From Marsupella aquatica (Eukaryota; Plantae; Marchantiophyta): a DNA stretch of 64,000 nucleotides. Below, in pieces: positions 37,901 through 51,335 of this stretch (position 1 is the stretch's first letter; each line of letters starts with the position of its first letter). The stretch is taken from contig OZ316897.1 in NCBI GenBank assembly GCA_973895155.1, forward strand, positions 8,455,832 through 8,519,831, in the 5' to 3' direction. The position numbers were made by a program, and so were the translations under genes. A model generated the notes under the pieces. It was not told where the DNA came from, made no database searches, and worked only from the letters and a program-made list of their open reading frames with translations.

Positions 37901-39708
37901 GGTAGGTACTGTAGCACCCAGCCTTGGGATTTTCATGCGCAGTGACTTTAGCAGGGTTGACAGTTCCAGATTCTTGTCCCCACAGCAGAAAAGAGAGGTC
38001 GCTCAACCATTTACACCCTCCCTCTATTCTCGAGGACAACTTTGAACCTTTGAAATCTAGGCTAACTATATCCCACACTGTTCTGATTTCTGAAATCACA
38101 TGCTGAGCAGGTGCTCTTACGCAAACTCTGGAAGTCTTTACAGTGAGATTGAGAAAAAATCGGCAACAGTGACATTGACAGGGAAGGGTTTTTCCCAATC
38201 ATGTTGGAGACATGGCATGGTGGGCCAAACCTTATCAAATGCAGGTAGTCCGAGCCTTGCCGCAGAACGTGCAAACCGATTCATGTTCATCTCTGGCCTG
38301 AAAAGCCGAATTCTCCCATCCCTGGCCTTGAATGCTTTCATGCCCTCGAAGCACTCCATTGCATAGTGTAGCACCTGCCAAAACACACCACAGGGAAGCT
38401 TAAATGAGAAACATAGTCCATGTTTGTTGGACCGCTTCCACCCACCCCACCAGGAGGAGAACGTACTTAATGGTAACTGTACAGTGCAAGCCATGCAAAT
38501 CTGCGAGAATTCAGCAGTTATAAGCTTTTGTTGGAGCACCTGAGCACAAGGATGAATGGGTATAGGTCCCAGCCGATCAATGGATGGGGCCCCCCAGCCA
38601 AACCCCGACTTCCAAGTTATAAATAGCATGTGATCTGTGTACTCAGCCCCAAACTTGAGCGTTATCGCATCCAACCTCGGTTTTACCTGCATTTCAAGGG
38701 TTCGCAACACTGAGCTTCTCCGCTGACGTGAATTGCTTCATGAAAATCTCTATCAAGTTAAAAACCGACTCTCCAAATAGAAGATTACAACTCAGCGGAG
38801 GTGGACGAAAATCGATTTGCTTTGAGAGATCGGACCTAAGATGTGAAAGAGATCCACCCAATATCACTGTGAAACGAATCATGATGCAAACTTCCAGACA
38901 GTGGTGTTTTAAGAATTTGAAGTCTAATTTAAACTTTATTATAAGCCAATGTAAATCATATGTAACCTCGTGTTAAAATATGTGGAAATTGTATAAACTT
39001 ATGTGGTTCCATGTAAATCAGATACAAACCATGTCATAGGATGCAATATATGTAAATTACATGTAAAATTACGTTTCCCAGTATACAAGTCCTCAATTTC
39101 TGTGAAGTCCAAAACTCTGCGGCCGATTCAATTTGCGGATTTGAGAGAAAGATTTATGTCCTGTGATGCTTTGGTTACAGATTTGAGAACAAGTAGATGG
39201 AAATTGCAACCGCGAAAAACGTCGAATTTCGTTGGAGCTTAGAAAGCTTATCGAAAACAGTTACTCTAGGAGGCAAATAGGACATCCTCCCAAACCCATC
39301 ATCACGATTTGATCCCCGAGAAATTCTACAGATAGGAAATGCGGTCCTGAAAGACCGAAAGTCAATGACAGGGAGCAAATTAATCACCTTCAAATGCTGC
39401 GCTACACTCATCACAAGATCTTCAGGAACAATGTCAGAGGGGAGCTGGACAGGCGCTAGTAGAGGCTCAGCTAGGCCCTGCTGCACTGCGCCAAAGCTTC
39501 TCAATCCTCTGCTGCTCGTTGAGTACTCCCTCCAGCCGCTGGTCGTCGTCCGATCAGGAACACCATTGCCGTTGGTGACCCAATCTGGTTCATTGGCCAA
39601 ATGGCAAAAGTCCGACGATGAAGCGTGGATTGCATTCAAAATGACAGAGGGCTTGTTGGTCTGGCCCCATAGCTGCCTCAAAATTTTGTGTACAGGGTAC
39701 CTGAGCAT
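34980..39708 (-). CDS. BCAT: Branched-chain amino acid aminotransferase (PLP class IV), probably organelle-targeted, ~481 aa, 5 exons
   Basis: Exons 39708-39388, 38686-38540, 38374-38231, 36034-35486, 35264-34980, all phase 0 GT-AG. Motifs 'FGAEYTDHM', '[14 protein letters not shown]', 'LYIRP', catalytic '[10 protein letters not shown]', 'ESGAMNVF', 'ILPGVTRDS', 'EVFGTGTA'. The start ATG is inferred; the frame stays open to an ATG at 39888. Confidence 0.9.
36718..36939. repeat. 110-bp tandem duplication inside BCAT intron 3
   Basis: Two near-identical units starting 'acccatctcgact.tctccaaggtgtagg'. Confidence 0.9.
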
Positions 39709-39894
39709 GATCTTCCTGCAGATTCCACCGACAGACATCTGTGGTAAGTATAGAAAGGATCTCAAGCAAGAATATGAATTCAATGCTTCACAGGAATACA
39801 TGCTGCCCTTGACCGTCACGCTGCCAAGGATGACATCTGCAGAGTGATCGAGGGATTCCAAGATGAGCCGCCCAATTCTAGGAAGCATTGAACA

Positions 39895-40094
39895 GTTTCT
39901 TGACGTAGGAAAGTCCCGAGTCTACTAACTACATCACCAATAAATTACTTTTCTGGGTTCACTGAATTGATTTTCCTCTACGTAAGGCTACTAAGTTTCT
40001 TGACGTAGGAAAGTCTCGAGTTTACTAACTACATCACCAATAAATTACTTTTCTGGGTTCACTGAATTGATTTTCCTCTACGTAAGGCTACTAA
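39895..40094. repeat. 100-bp tandem duplication upstream of the BCAT CDS
   Basis: Two units 'gtttcttgacgtaggaaagtc...cgtaaggctactaa' with 2 mismatches. Confidence 0.9.
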
Positions 40095-40942
40095 CAGACT
40101 ATTGGTCTCAGGCTTTTCGACTATCAACAGCTTTAGAAAGCATATTCTGGAATTGCCGTACAGAACGGAAAGGCTAGAATTCAATCAGCATCATAACAAG
40201 ACTTCAACAGGCTGGGATAAGCGGTTGAAAAAACCCGCAATGATATTGAATTCCGGCACCCCTTGATTAGTATCTGGGTTAGAATTGAAATCCTACTCTA
40301 ACAAACCTTGTCTCATTAGAATATTTAGACTCTATAATCTATCCTAGCAATGTAATCACAAGTCAGTAAGGGTCCGCCAGAACTAACAATTTTGCTCAAG
40401 TATGGAATGACGCTTAGCAAAACCTGATTCGTATAACAGAGGCAACAACTTTCCAGTGGATTCTCTTTGAGTCATCCTGATCGACAGGAAGCGAGCAAGT
40501 GATGACCTCCACTAGCGCCTGAAAGACATTCGCATGAGCTGGAATCCATCACTCAATGAAAGAGTTTAGGGTCTACGTCAACTAAATTTAGAGCCACCAG
40601 TGAAGCCCATGAAGAAGTCATGACCCGTGTTCAAACAACCCAAGTACTTTTGCTCACAAGGAAACTCCGTGGCAACCGTATAGGCAGGATAATCATTCGT
40701 GCTCGTCCCAGTCATGATGGCCTGACCGATTTCAGGAAAATGATAATTTGATGAATGTTCACTAGAACCGCGTCATAAATCTATAACTGAAAAGTGAACT
40801 TCTGGACATGTGCACTGCCATTGGGCCCCCGAGGAGGAGTCAACCGCTCTGTGCTTGAATTCTAGCGACGTATAAAGGCTTCGGAAGAAGGATACATTTA
40901 AACTGGCGATGACAAAAGCTGCGGGTGAAATCGGGAATCTCT

Positions 40943-41052
40943 TTAGAAAGAGATGTTCGAATACTAATTAACAGAACACTCTATTTCTACATCAGAATTA
41001 GAAAGAGATGTTCGAATACTAATTAACAGAACACTCTATTTCTACATCAGAA
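40943..41052. repeat. 55-bp tandem duplication
   Basis: 'tagaaagagatgttcgaatactaattaacagaacactctatttctacatcagaa' occurs twice. Confidence 0.9.
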
Positions 41053-42904
41053 CGGAACAAAAGAGAAATCGCACTAGTCACGAACCTTCGTCTCTAGTGA
41101 ACGAAAGTAAACTTGAAACCCAACCGCAGAAATTCCCCTTTCCATCCTCATCTAAAGATCTCTCTGTAGCTCGTATGTGCGTCAGGGACTAGCTGACGTC
41201 CGAACCGGCTGTTTTGAACCGCGACAGTCCAATACCGACAAAACAAGCTTCTCTTCCTCTCCATGGTGCATTCCTTTGTACATTCCTTTCAATCGTTCAG
41301 ATCTCCTGAACAGAAATTTTCAAATCCCAACTCCTTCCCTTGGGCCTGCAACGGCGTGCAGATCTAACCGTACAATTCCTTACAATTGTTCGCTGGTTGC
41401 TCCTGCTGCAATTGACTTTGGAGTGAGAAACTTACAAATGAAGCTACGAGTGATTCCAAGAGCACCGGTTATCCCTCCTTCTCCTAACTTGCGACTCTCT
41501 GCCCTCCCCGTCTGCGGCTCTGTCGTCTAGAACGGTCAAATTGCTCGCCCTCCTGCCGAATTCCTCTTCCCGACCTATCAAGCAGCTGTCAACTCACAAT
41601 CACAAATGTAGCGAACTGAGCTCTGGGAATTCTTCCTGACGGCAGCTTCTCAATCTAGCCAATCGAACTACATAGCAGAAGCAGCAGCAGCAAGAACTGT
41701 ACGATGAATTCACCACACTGAAAGAACTCAGTTCTCCAAACTACTTGATTGAGCTGAAACTATCAAGCTCCCCCTACTTCACCACCTGATCGACCAGAGA
41801 CAACTGTACTCGCCTCGTTAAAGTGCCAATCAGACTCTTAATTCACGCAATCGTAAGAATATACGTGTCTCAGTCTGCACAATCTACCCAGCAGTACGTG
41901 GTGAGCACAAACCTCGAGTCTTTTGACGAACTGATCACTCGGGTGTGATATTCTAGAATCTCTCGACGTGACCCCCTACGTCATGAACAGACAGAAACTC
42001 CTTCAATTCCGTAACCTCAGTCTAAGTTGCTAGCTCCCAATGAAAAATCTTCCCATACAACCCGCATCTGTCGAATTTCTACGCTGTGACCACCCAAAAA
42101 TCTATTTGCGGTCTCTCCAAAGCTGTGACCACCGAAAATTCTCCTTGCACTTCTCTCAATGCTGTCATCACCAGAAATTCTGTTCTAGTTGGTCTCTCTA
42201 GGAGTGTGCGCCCCAAACTCTAAATTTCTATGTAGGTAGTCAGTTCTCATTGAACAGCCTTTTCTCTGGACTCTTTTATTCCGAAGTTTAATTGAGCTCT
42301 ACGCTATGAGAATCTCTGATGGTGATGATTGCTGAGACCAGCGAACCTGATGATGAATCCCTGATGATTGCTGATTGCTGATTCCCTAAGCTGTGAAGAG
42401 CAGCCTCGAATCTCTGCAGCAAAGATTTCAATCGGAATCACGAAACTACAACGAAGGCAATGGTCCCCCACAGACTGAGAGGAATATAATCTCTACCCAG
42501 ACAGAATGTACTCCTGGAATATGAGGTGGAAAAGCATAATTACAAACCAAGAAACGGCGGCATGTGTCTTGTAGCACCCCAAACCTTCATCATCAGCCAT
42601 ACAGCTGGTGGTTGGTTAGTCCCACTGTGGGCCCTCTGCGTTTATATACATTGTGAGAGAGAGGAAGCAGGTGGGAAGACTCACCTGCCGTGTGTATCCA
42701 GTCTTCTCATCCTGCAAGAGAAGTCCTCATGGGCCCAAAAGGAAACGGCGATTTGACTAGGTGGGGAAGGAGCCAGGGAGGTGGACAAGGAGGAACTGAG
42801 GGACCTCGATTCAAGAGCACCTCACACTGAATTTCTTCATTCCTTTTGTGCAGAGACTGCCTCTGTGTCTCGAGTCTCAATCTACAGAATGATTCATCAG
42901 AAGC

Positions 42905-43135
42905 TAGATGACCAGCTACAGTAGATGCCAAATGGAAGAAGGGGAATTGGTGTGAGAATCATGAAGTCGAGGTGGTGGCGAAGCTTACCGAATGGTTTCC
43001 CACTTGCAGAAGGTCTTGCGGTAGATGGCCAGCTACAGGAGATGCCAAGTGGACGAAGGGGAATTGGTGTGAGAATCATGAAGTGGAGGTGGTGGTGAAG
43101 CTATAATGAATGGTTTCCATTTGAAGAAGGTCCTG
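42905..43135. repeat. ~117-bp imperfect tandem duplication
   Basis: 'tagatg.ccagctacag.agatgccaa.tgga.gaaggggaattggtgtgagaatcatgaagt' occurs twice. Confidence 0.8.
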
Positions 43136-44764
43136 TGGCGACTCGTCAAGGATGGACTCCTTCCCCTCTCGTCCTGTCGGTCAGCTCCAAAAAGCTCCTC
43201 CTCCTCCTTCTGCTGACCTTCCGAAGAGCATGACAAATTTGGAGAATCAGACTTAGAGAATCAGGATGACAGGAAACCATTTTCTGATTGTCCTGTCCCC
43301 ACACTAATTTAGTCAAAACTAGTCAGAACTACTAACCTGCCCCAAAACTAATTTAATCATGGGCTTGCCCCCATTTTGTGTGGGTTTGTTTAAACAGGGT
43401 AGAGTATTCTGAGACTAAACTTAATTATGGTGACATTTGATAATTTGTCCAAGCTAACCCCACTCTGACTGTACAAAGCAAAGGATATGAGGGGGATCAA
43501 AACGTGATCATTTTTGCTAGTAGACTATAGTTGGCACCTGTGTTCCGGTGAGTGTTAAATGGGGAAGCCTGATCCAAGGTAAAGGTGTGGTTGGAGGGGG
43601 TTAGCACAGACAAACCAATTGGGTGTCGTCTTATGTGACTATAGTCAAGTTAAGCCAACCCACGGACCAAATAGGAGGCAATGCAACCTGATGATTAAGT
43701 TAGTAATCTGGCCAGTTTGGGGGATAGGGTAGTGAAAGCAGTTACAGGAAATGCCATGTGCATGGCACCAACTACTGCCATTTGGCAATTCAGCCACTCC
43801 ACACTTGTTAAAATCTCCTAACTTCCCAAGTCTCCCAACTTCCCAAGTCATATTCAATGACATCCAATTCCCAACCTGCAACATCCCAACCTCCAAACTT
43901 CCCAAGTTGTGGTCAATATAGCAGGTGTCAAACCCATTGCCTGGGCAATGAATTTTTGACTGGGGTCAGCAGTAGGACGGGGTTTATAGCAGGTATCAAA
44001 CCCTTCCCTGGGAAAACTAAAATTTGAAAGGGTTGGGGCACTAGGACTTGAGACTACCTGTGACAAATTATAGGCCTCCTTAAACCTCCACTGTCCCGGA
44101 AGGAAAAATGAGCAGATCCAGGTCACCATACTAGTCAATAATAACTTTCAGGCCATCCCAGATCCCCTAAGTTTGCCCATTGGTTGTGGCAAAGAATCAT
44201 TTGTCAAATGAGCCTCCACCCTGTCCAAAACACTGCCTTTATTTTGTCCTGGGCTTCAGACCAATTGAACTAGAGTAACTTTAGCAAACACAAGAGAGAC
44301 ACGGGCGGACTGACTATACAGACAAAGTGACAGTAAATTAGAGGGAGTTGTGTGCCTCAACAAGGTACCAATGGCACAACTAGACCCAAGAGGAGATGTT
44401 AGAATGGACTGCCTAACTGTGATCAAGCCCTAGGGCAGACTCCCAACTGAGTTCTTCCTAGGGGTACCATCAACGGGCTTTCTTGGGCCGTGTTTCCCTT
44501 GGGTGTAGATAGTTTTTGCCTACATAGCTGAAGTAGTTCATGGGTAATTGCATCATCACATATTGATGGCTACTATTGACCCTTAGTCTTTTACTGTGCT
44601 CACAAGCTGTCCAAAGTCACTGGAAAATCACATTAGCGAGAGCTCTACCAAGAAACTAGCATGTAGTTGCCAAACTTTACTCACCGTACCAAAATCAAGG
44701 AGTGCAGTGTGCTCCCATTGATGCTTTCATGGCATTTTGCAAGAGGACAAAAAATTGGCCCTTG

Positions 44765-45220
44765 TCCATGTGGACATCCTTAACTACAATAGTGGTTCTT
44801 TTGTTGTTGTTGCTGTGGTTGCTATTGTACTTGGATGTAATAGTCAATTTGAGAGCAAAAAACTAGAGTAGTATCTTTCACTTTTGGGCTCAATGTGGAC
44901 ACCCTTAACTACAATAGTGGTTCTTCTGTTGTTGTTGATGTCCTTGCTATAGTACTTGGGTGTATAGGTCAACTTGAGAGCAAACAACTAGTTTCTTTCA
45001 CTTCTGAGTTCAATGTGGACACCCTTGACTACAGTAGTGGTTCTTTTGTTGTTGTTGATGACCTTACTATGGTACTTGGGTGTATTATTTGATTTTTTAG
45101 AGCAAACACATAGTTTCTTTCGCTTCTGGACTCAATGTGGACACCCTTAACTACAACAGGGGTTCTTCTGTTGTTGTTGCTATTGTACTTGGGTGTATTG
45201 CTCAATTCAAGAGCAAAGAC
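44765..45220. repeat. ~120-125-bp tandem repeat, 4 units
   Basis: Units begin 'atgtggacacccttaactacaatagtggttctt' at ~44768, 44893, 45013 and 45135. Confidence 0.85.
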
Positions 45221-46149
45221 ACCCACTTCTGGGCGGGCAATAGCCCTCTTTATGGACCCCCACTAGGGGTCCTTTCCAAAATTCCAGGCTCCACAGCGTG
45301 CCACATCATCATGGCACGCTGCAAACACGAAGAGACTTTTTTTTGGATAAAACTAACTTTTGCATTCGTGTTTGTGGCAACTTTTCTGTAAAAACTGGGA
45401 CGCCATGCCGTAAAAGAGAATGTAAAAAATGGCATGCAAATCAAAAGACAAAAATTGAGGTAAAATTTCCCCCAGTAACAGTTTTATTTACATTTTGATT
45501 TTATTCAAAACATAAAAAATTTCCGGCAGCAATTTTTGATTTGACATTGTTGAGTCAAATCATAATGAAAATTCACGTATAATATGGCGTTGGAAAGATC
45601 TTGAAAAGACGGTCCTAATGAGCTCATGATTGTCACCATTGGTAAGAATTGAGTAAGTAATTTGAAAAATAGATTTTACCAGTGATTCCATAATCTCTAA
45701 CATGGATAGAAATAGAATTCCCTGTTGCACAACCCCTGAAATGTTGATCCCTTCCATGAGAATGAACCTCAAATTGACAGATTTTATCTAGTACTGAGGA
45801 GAGTATGAGTTTTAGAATTTCTTAAGCTTTTTAATGAACTTAATATTGATAGATTTTAGTTGAATTATGAGTAGATTATGAGTTTACTATGTTCTCTAGC
45901 TTTCCAATGAGTGTGACATTAGGAGATTTTATCAAGTACTAAAGTGGTCATGAGTTTCTAAATTTCTCTAGCTTTCGATTGATTCCGAATTCTACAATTG
46001 GAGATTTGTTTCCATGAAAAGTTTTGTCTCAAACAATTCTGCAAAGTTAGTAATTTGTTGATATCGACAGCTTCTCTCTTTTCGTCTCTCTGCGTGTAGG
46101 AATTGAAAAGTGATTACTTTTGATGCAACTTAAGTGCATCTGACAGATA

Positions 46150-46297
46150 CAGAGCCATTGGATTCAATTAATTATTATCCTTGATTATTGATAGAGGAAA
46201 TGTGCACCCCTAGCACATATGTGTTTCCCGTTGCCCCGGCCCGACTTCCTATGGGCCGGCCCTCCTTGCATAGTGTAATGCACTCGTATATAGCTCG
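46150..46297 (+). mobile_element. Helitron-like 3' end, third family member (5' boundary not resolved)
   Basis: 'gccattggattc...gaaatgtgcacccct.gc.catatgtg.ttcccg' aligns to the 1462 copy. Degenerate hairpin, ends CTCG|T. Confidence 0.7.
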
Positions 46298-49200
46298 TCA
46301 TAAATAATATATTACAAATACTCAAAAATCAATGGGGTCAATGGTTTGTGGACTCATAAACTTGGATGCGATGGTTGTATGAAAATCAAACTAATTAAAT
46401 TCAAAATCCATGTCACAACATTTATGAAGAATCATAAATAATTTACTACAAACAGTCATAAGTCAATGGGGTCAATGGTTTGTTGAGTCATAAGCTCAGA
46501 TGGATCTGCATTCAAATCCCTCCTTGCATGATAATCCAACTAATTAAACTCAAAATGAATAGCATCTTAGGTAAATGTTTACATAATCCCATGTGAACTT
46601 GGGGATTGGCAATTCAAGAATAAAAAGTGCGAAATGGGAATCCCATCCGAGTTTTACAGCTCATGGTCTGTGACACTAAATTAAAAATATATTTTGTAAA
46701 TATTATTTTATCGCACGACTTATAATTCCCCACGTTTCATACCCGGGACATCGAAGTTTGTTACTAGATTCAAACAATTCTACAGCTTAGTATTAAATGC
46801 CCAATTAGAACGTCCACCACGGTAATGTACCGAAGGTACTGTAAGACACACTCCTTAACAACAACCCCAACACGATTCTCAAAAAACAGAATGTACTCAC
46901 AAACCTACAAATCTAGACCGTTAATTCTAGCTACCAATGGCTCACAATTAACACAGTCCCGGAAATCGAGTTCATATCTGACCGTGCGAAGTGTCATAAA
47001 GTAGAGCCGTAGCACTAAACTTACATGTAAGCCAAGGCATCGGATAAAGTGCACTTCCATTTCTCGACTTAAACACGACTAAACCCGTCTGCTCCTCCGC
47101 CAAACAGGAAAAGATTGATTTAGAGCTGAACGTCATTTCAGTAACTCACACCCGTTTATCCCACTTTGGGAGTATCTTAGTGTCATATCCCGGTTCATGT
47201 AAAACATAAAGTTTTATTAAGAAAATAGTACTCCAAAAACAAAATATTTGAGAGTGCTTATAACCTCAAAATGAGTTTGTGATGTAAATCTCAAGAATAA
47301 TCTCTGTATATTGATGGAAACATTAACTTTTCAGTGTATGCAATAATATAATTGTAAGAATATTATGAAGGAAATGTTAGTAAACCCTCACTTTTAGTCA
47401 TGCTCTGAGTTAGAGGTGTGAAGTCATGGTCTAAAGTTTCGCTCTCAACTCCGGAATTAAAGTCATGATCAAGGGGTTTCATTCTAAGCGGGTAAACCTT
47501 AAAATTAAGATGACTACCAAGATGAAATTATTTTGTAAAATTAGAAAACTAAATGAGACGAATAGTATTTGCGGCTGCCTTATTTTCTGAAATACCAAAC
47601 TATTCTAATATGTTTCGCGAACCGGGATGGTACTACGGTACGGTGAGTGGAAGGCACTGGACTTTGCCGGAAACTCAACGTACTGGCATAGGAGCCTTTC
47701 GTCTCTGCGACGTACTCGATATTACTGTAACATCGTACTGCGTTACTTCTGTAACGCCTGGCGTCTCCTTACACTTTTGGATCCGTCAGCTGCTACAGTC
47801 AGTTACCTACCATAGATGGGGGCTCGATCGGTGGTACTGACGTAGACACTAGGGGTCGAGATGAGATGCTGCGCTGGGATGTCATGCTGCTGACTAGTAA
47901 TGGGCTCCATGCCATTCCATGCCATGCCATGCACGCATGGTAACAGCAGCATCATCATCCGTTGGGCTGAGCTGGCACTGACTGTATGGGGTACTATATA
48001 GTGTAAGGTACGTGGCTGGGTGGGCGTGGATGGGTTAAAGGCTGAGTTGGCCAGGGAAGTTGAGACTTGGCATGTGACCCAGTTATGGGTTGCCCCTCCC
48101 CCCCCACCCCCCACCCACCTTTCTCAACCTTTTTTTGCTCCACTTTTTTCTAGAAAGGGGCACTTCACTTATACGAAAAGTAAAACTCAGTAAATGAGGG
48201 AGTAAAATGGCCAGACCAAGATCAAGGACCTAAATTCACGCAAAGACTAAACACGCTCAGCCCCAAGGACAAGGGTAAACACAGGAACAAAGGAGAAAAG
48301 TAACTGCAGCAAATCCGAGGGCCAACTCAACCCGAAGAAACAGAGAGAGAATCAGCAAATGCAAAGTCCTGAACAACTGAACAAGGGCAAGCATCCAGAA
48401 GGATTAACCATCCGCCAAAAAGCAAACGACACACTACCCTCCACCTTCCTCAACATATTGGAGTTGCTTCTCTTGGAAGCATTGAAGTATATATACAAAC
48501 CAGCCGCGAGATCATGGGCGCGGCATGAAACCACCAGGCTCCTGCCACTGGGAAGGGAGATTTTTAGGTGGCCATGGCCCCTGACCAATGCACCCCCACC
48601 ACCACCCCTCATTTCCAAAGCAGCAAGATTTGCCAAGAATTGAACCTCCCACCTCTGGCTTCCATGCCTGACACACCACCTGGTTTTGTTATGTGTCTTA
48701 AACAAAGTATATAAATCATTTACTGTTGCAGAAAATTGTCCTGTACCCGTGTTCTTGCCAAGCATTTTATATCCCAGTCATGTTTTATATAAATTAGGTT
48801 CTACTAGACTGCCTACCTTTTTATCAAATATTGTGACTTGCCATCTTTTTTATATTAATTATTACAATGCCAGTTTTTCCATCACTGCTTATGTGACTTA
48901 TCCCTTTAAGTGCAGAAGATCCTAAGGACCTGCCATAGCCATATTGGAGAATTTGATGGGTCTTGAGGGCCAACTCGCATGTGAAGTGTCTATCAAAGAA
49001 ATGGCCCTTAACTTGAGTCATGTGAAGATGTGAATGAAAGAGAGGTTACAAGGGGTTTCTGGCAGTACCCCCTCATGCACAAGGTCTGAAGGCATATTTG
49101 TGGAATCCAAAGGGCAAGGACCAAAAAGTTTCCAGCCCTTGCAGGTCCCAACCTTTGCATTGTGGAAAAAGTTGGGAATTAAAGATCAAGATTTGTGTCA

Positions 49201-49867
49201 GATTGTCTGATCATAGAAGTGCTACATTTTCCCGGAAAGTATTGGGAGCAGAAAGGGCCGCATGGTCACATGCTAGTTGGCCCTTAATTGGAATTCCCTT
49301 GTTTTACAAAGAGAATCTTTTATAAATATCCAAACTGTATTAATAGTTTACTTTATAAAAGGTGTACAACAAGTGTCATATTTCCTAAGAGAATGGAGAG
49401 TCCACTCGATCCAAAGAGCATTGGGCACCTGTGCGTAGCAGCTGCCAAATCAGCCCCTTCAATCCTAACTGAAAATAAGGAACCATGATCTCTCATGGTG
49501 TACATAGGCCCTTGAGAAATTAGGCTAGCCTGCACTTGGGGGCTACTGTGGACTTTTGGGTGCCCTCTCTCTCATGAAAATTTATTGATTGACAATTTCT
49601 TATTAAAGCGCCACCGTCCATGACAAAACCTGGATCCACTAGGTTTCACCATTTTTAGCACCTTTTCCTGAAGTAGTGGAGCAAAGTCTCACCCTAGAGG
49701 AGAGAAATGTGAAAAAGTGAGTTAAGTTGAGGTCAATATGGGACACAAGTCATCAACACCCATCCCATCCAGTCATCAGGCGCCAACTTAGTTTGCAGTG
49801 TCATGCTAGGCCTGATGATGCAAGCCATCCTTTGACATGAATAAACATGTAACTCTAGATATATATA

Positions 49868-50566
49868 GCATGTTCATCCTGGAACAAGCTTTATTTTTTG
49901 TCTTGCAGTGAGTGTGTAAATGATTATTGCATAGTGTTGGATAGGATTGAGTAGGAAAAATATTGAGCGTGCCAAGTAAAAGTACATGTTAAGGAAAAAT
50001 ATGAGTGCACAAGTCTTGAAAAGTTGAGCACATAAGGTACAGATTCACTCTTGTTTCAACGACACTCAAATCATTCAAAAACTGTGCACATAAGGTACAG
50101 AAGATACTCCCTTGCCTTAGGTAATGACAAGAAAAACCATAAGCTTGGCAAATAAAAGTTTGAGGAGGACTTCAAGCAAGAGGAGTCCACTTCTCAAAGT
50201 ACCAATTCTCTCTCATTCACTAGAATTGCAAGAAATTCCATAAAATCTCCTAAAGCTTTTGACTTCATTGCATTGAGAACTCAATGTAGTGGGGAAGGAG
50301 AGCTCTAGCATAGGAAGATAAAAAAAACACATAGAGGGGTGCCAAAGTAATCTTAAATGTAGATTATACAAGTGATGCACCTTGTTATGGCATATTCAAG
50401 TAAAAATGTGGCATATTGAAGTGAAAATATTGACAAAAATTCTTAGTAAGGCAAAACATTGAAAGGTGGAATGACCATGCTGCCAACCCAGCTGCCAAAC
50501 TAATGTAATAGTCATTTACACATCACTACAAGACATAAAATGAAGCATGTACTAGGATGAACATGC
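49868..50566. mobile_element. Non-autonomous TIR element (~700 bp) in a TA context
   Basis: Inverted termini GCATGTTCATCCTGGAACA and TGTACTAGGATGAACATGC, flanked on both sides by TATA runs. Confidence 0.6.
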
Positions 50567-50667
50567 TATATATATATATGCAACACTCATGTGGAAATGT
50601 TACCTTCTCTATTCCAAGGAGGACCATATGCTCGGTCTCGATAAGTACTTGAAACCTTTTTTATTAA

Positions 50668-50783
50668 ATGTTAGATATTGCTCTAGTCTTGTGACTCTTG
50701 AGCTAACATTAGCTAAGTCCTAACCCGAGTTAGACTAACTGTGGTTAGCTCAAGAGTCACAAGACTAGAGCAATATCTAACAT
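50668..50783. mobile_element. 116-bp fold-back MITE, Tourist/PIF-Harbinger-like (TAA TSD)
   Basis: Perfect 40-bp inverted arms ATGTTAGATATTGCTCTAGTCTTGTGACTCTTGAGCTAAC and its reverse complement. TAA at 50665-50667 and 50784-50786. Confidence 0.8.
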
Positions 50784-51094
50784 TAAAGACCATTTCTCTA
50801 TGATGTGATGAGTTAAATAGTACTTTTGGGTCTGCACAATTGGAAGGTACTTGATGAGTATAGTGTCTTACAGGCAGGATGGATCTCACATTTTGCAGCC
50901 AAATCTGTTACTTTTTGTGGCCAAACAATCTCACATTCACGGCCAAATATTCTCACAATTTGCAGAAAAACAATCTCAGATCTCGAATTGAAAGAATCTC
51001 AGATTTTGCAGCTTCACATTTTGCGCAATTGAGCTCGGGATCTCAACACATTGAGACAATGCATTCCATATCGTGTCAGATGCTGAATGAATTG

Positions 51095-51335
51095 TATAGT
51101 TGGGGTCCATTCCTTAAGATCGAGAATGGTACATCCATCTCTTGTGATCATTTGTGTATTGTTGGGGTCCATCATGCTGTTGTGATCATTTGTATATTGT
51201 TGGGGTCCATCATGCATCACGATGCGGGAGAGGCCTGGCGTGAGAAATTGTTTATTGGGGTCCATCACGCCTCAAGATCTAGGAACGGGCATGTGAAATT
51301 GTACATTGATAATTGGGTCCATCACGCCTGAAGAT
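51095..51335. repeat. Degenerate repeat array with core TGGGGTCCATCA (5 units)
   Basis: Core at ~51101, 51163, 51201, 51256 and 51314 with irregular spacing. Confidence 0.65.

Noticed and set aside
44765-45220. Regularly spaced repeats considered as CRISPR-like (also 25785-25950 and 51095-51335)
   Set aside because: Eukaryotic context, the intervening sequences are themselves related rather than unique spacers, and there are no cas genes.
47750-49050. TGTAAC...GTTACA-bounded 1.3-kb segment resembling a Gypsy solo LTR
   Set aside because: No target-site duplication and no partner LTR or clear PBS/PPT. Probably TE-derived, but I cannot support boundaries.
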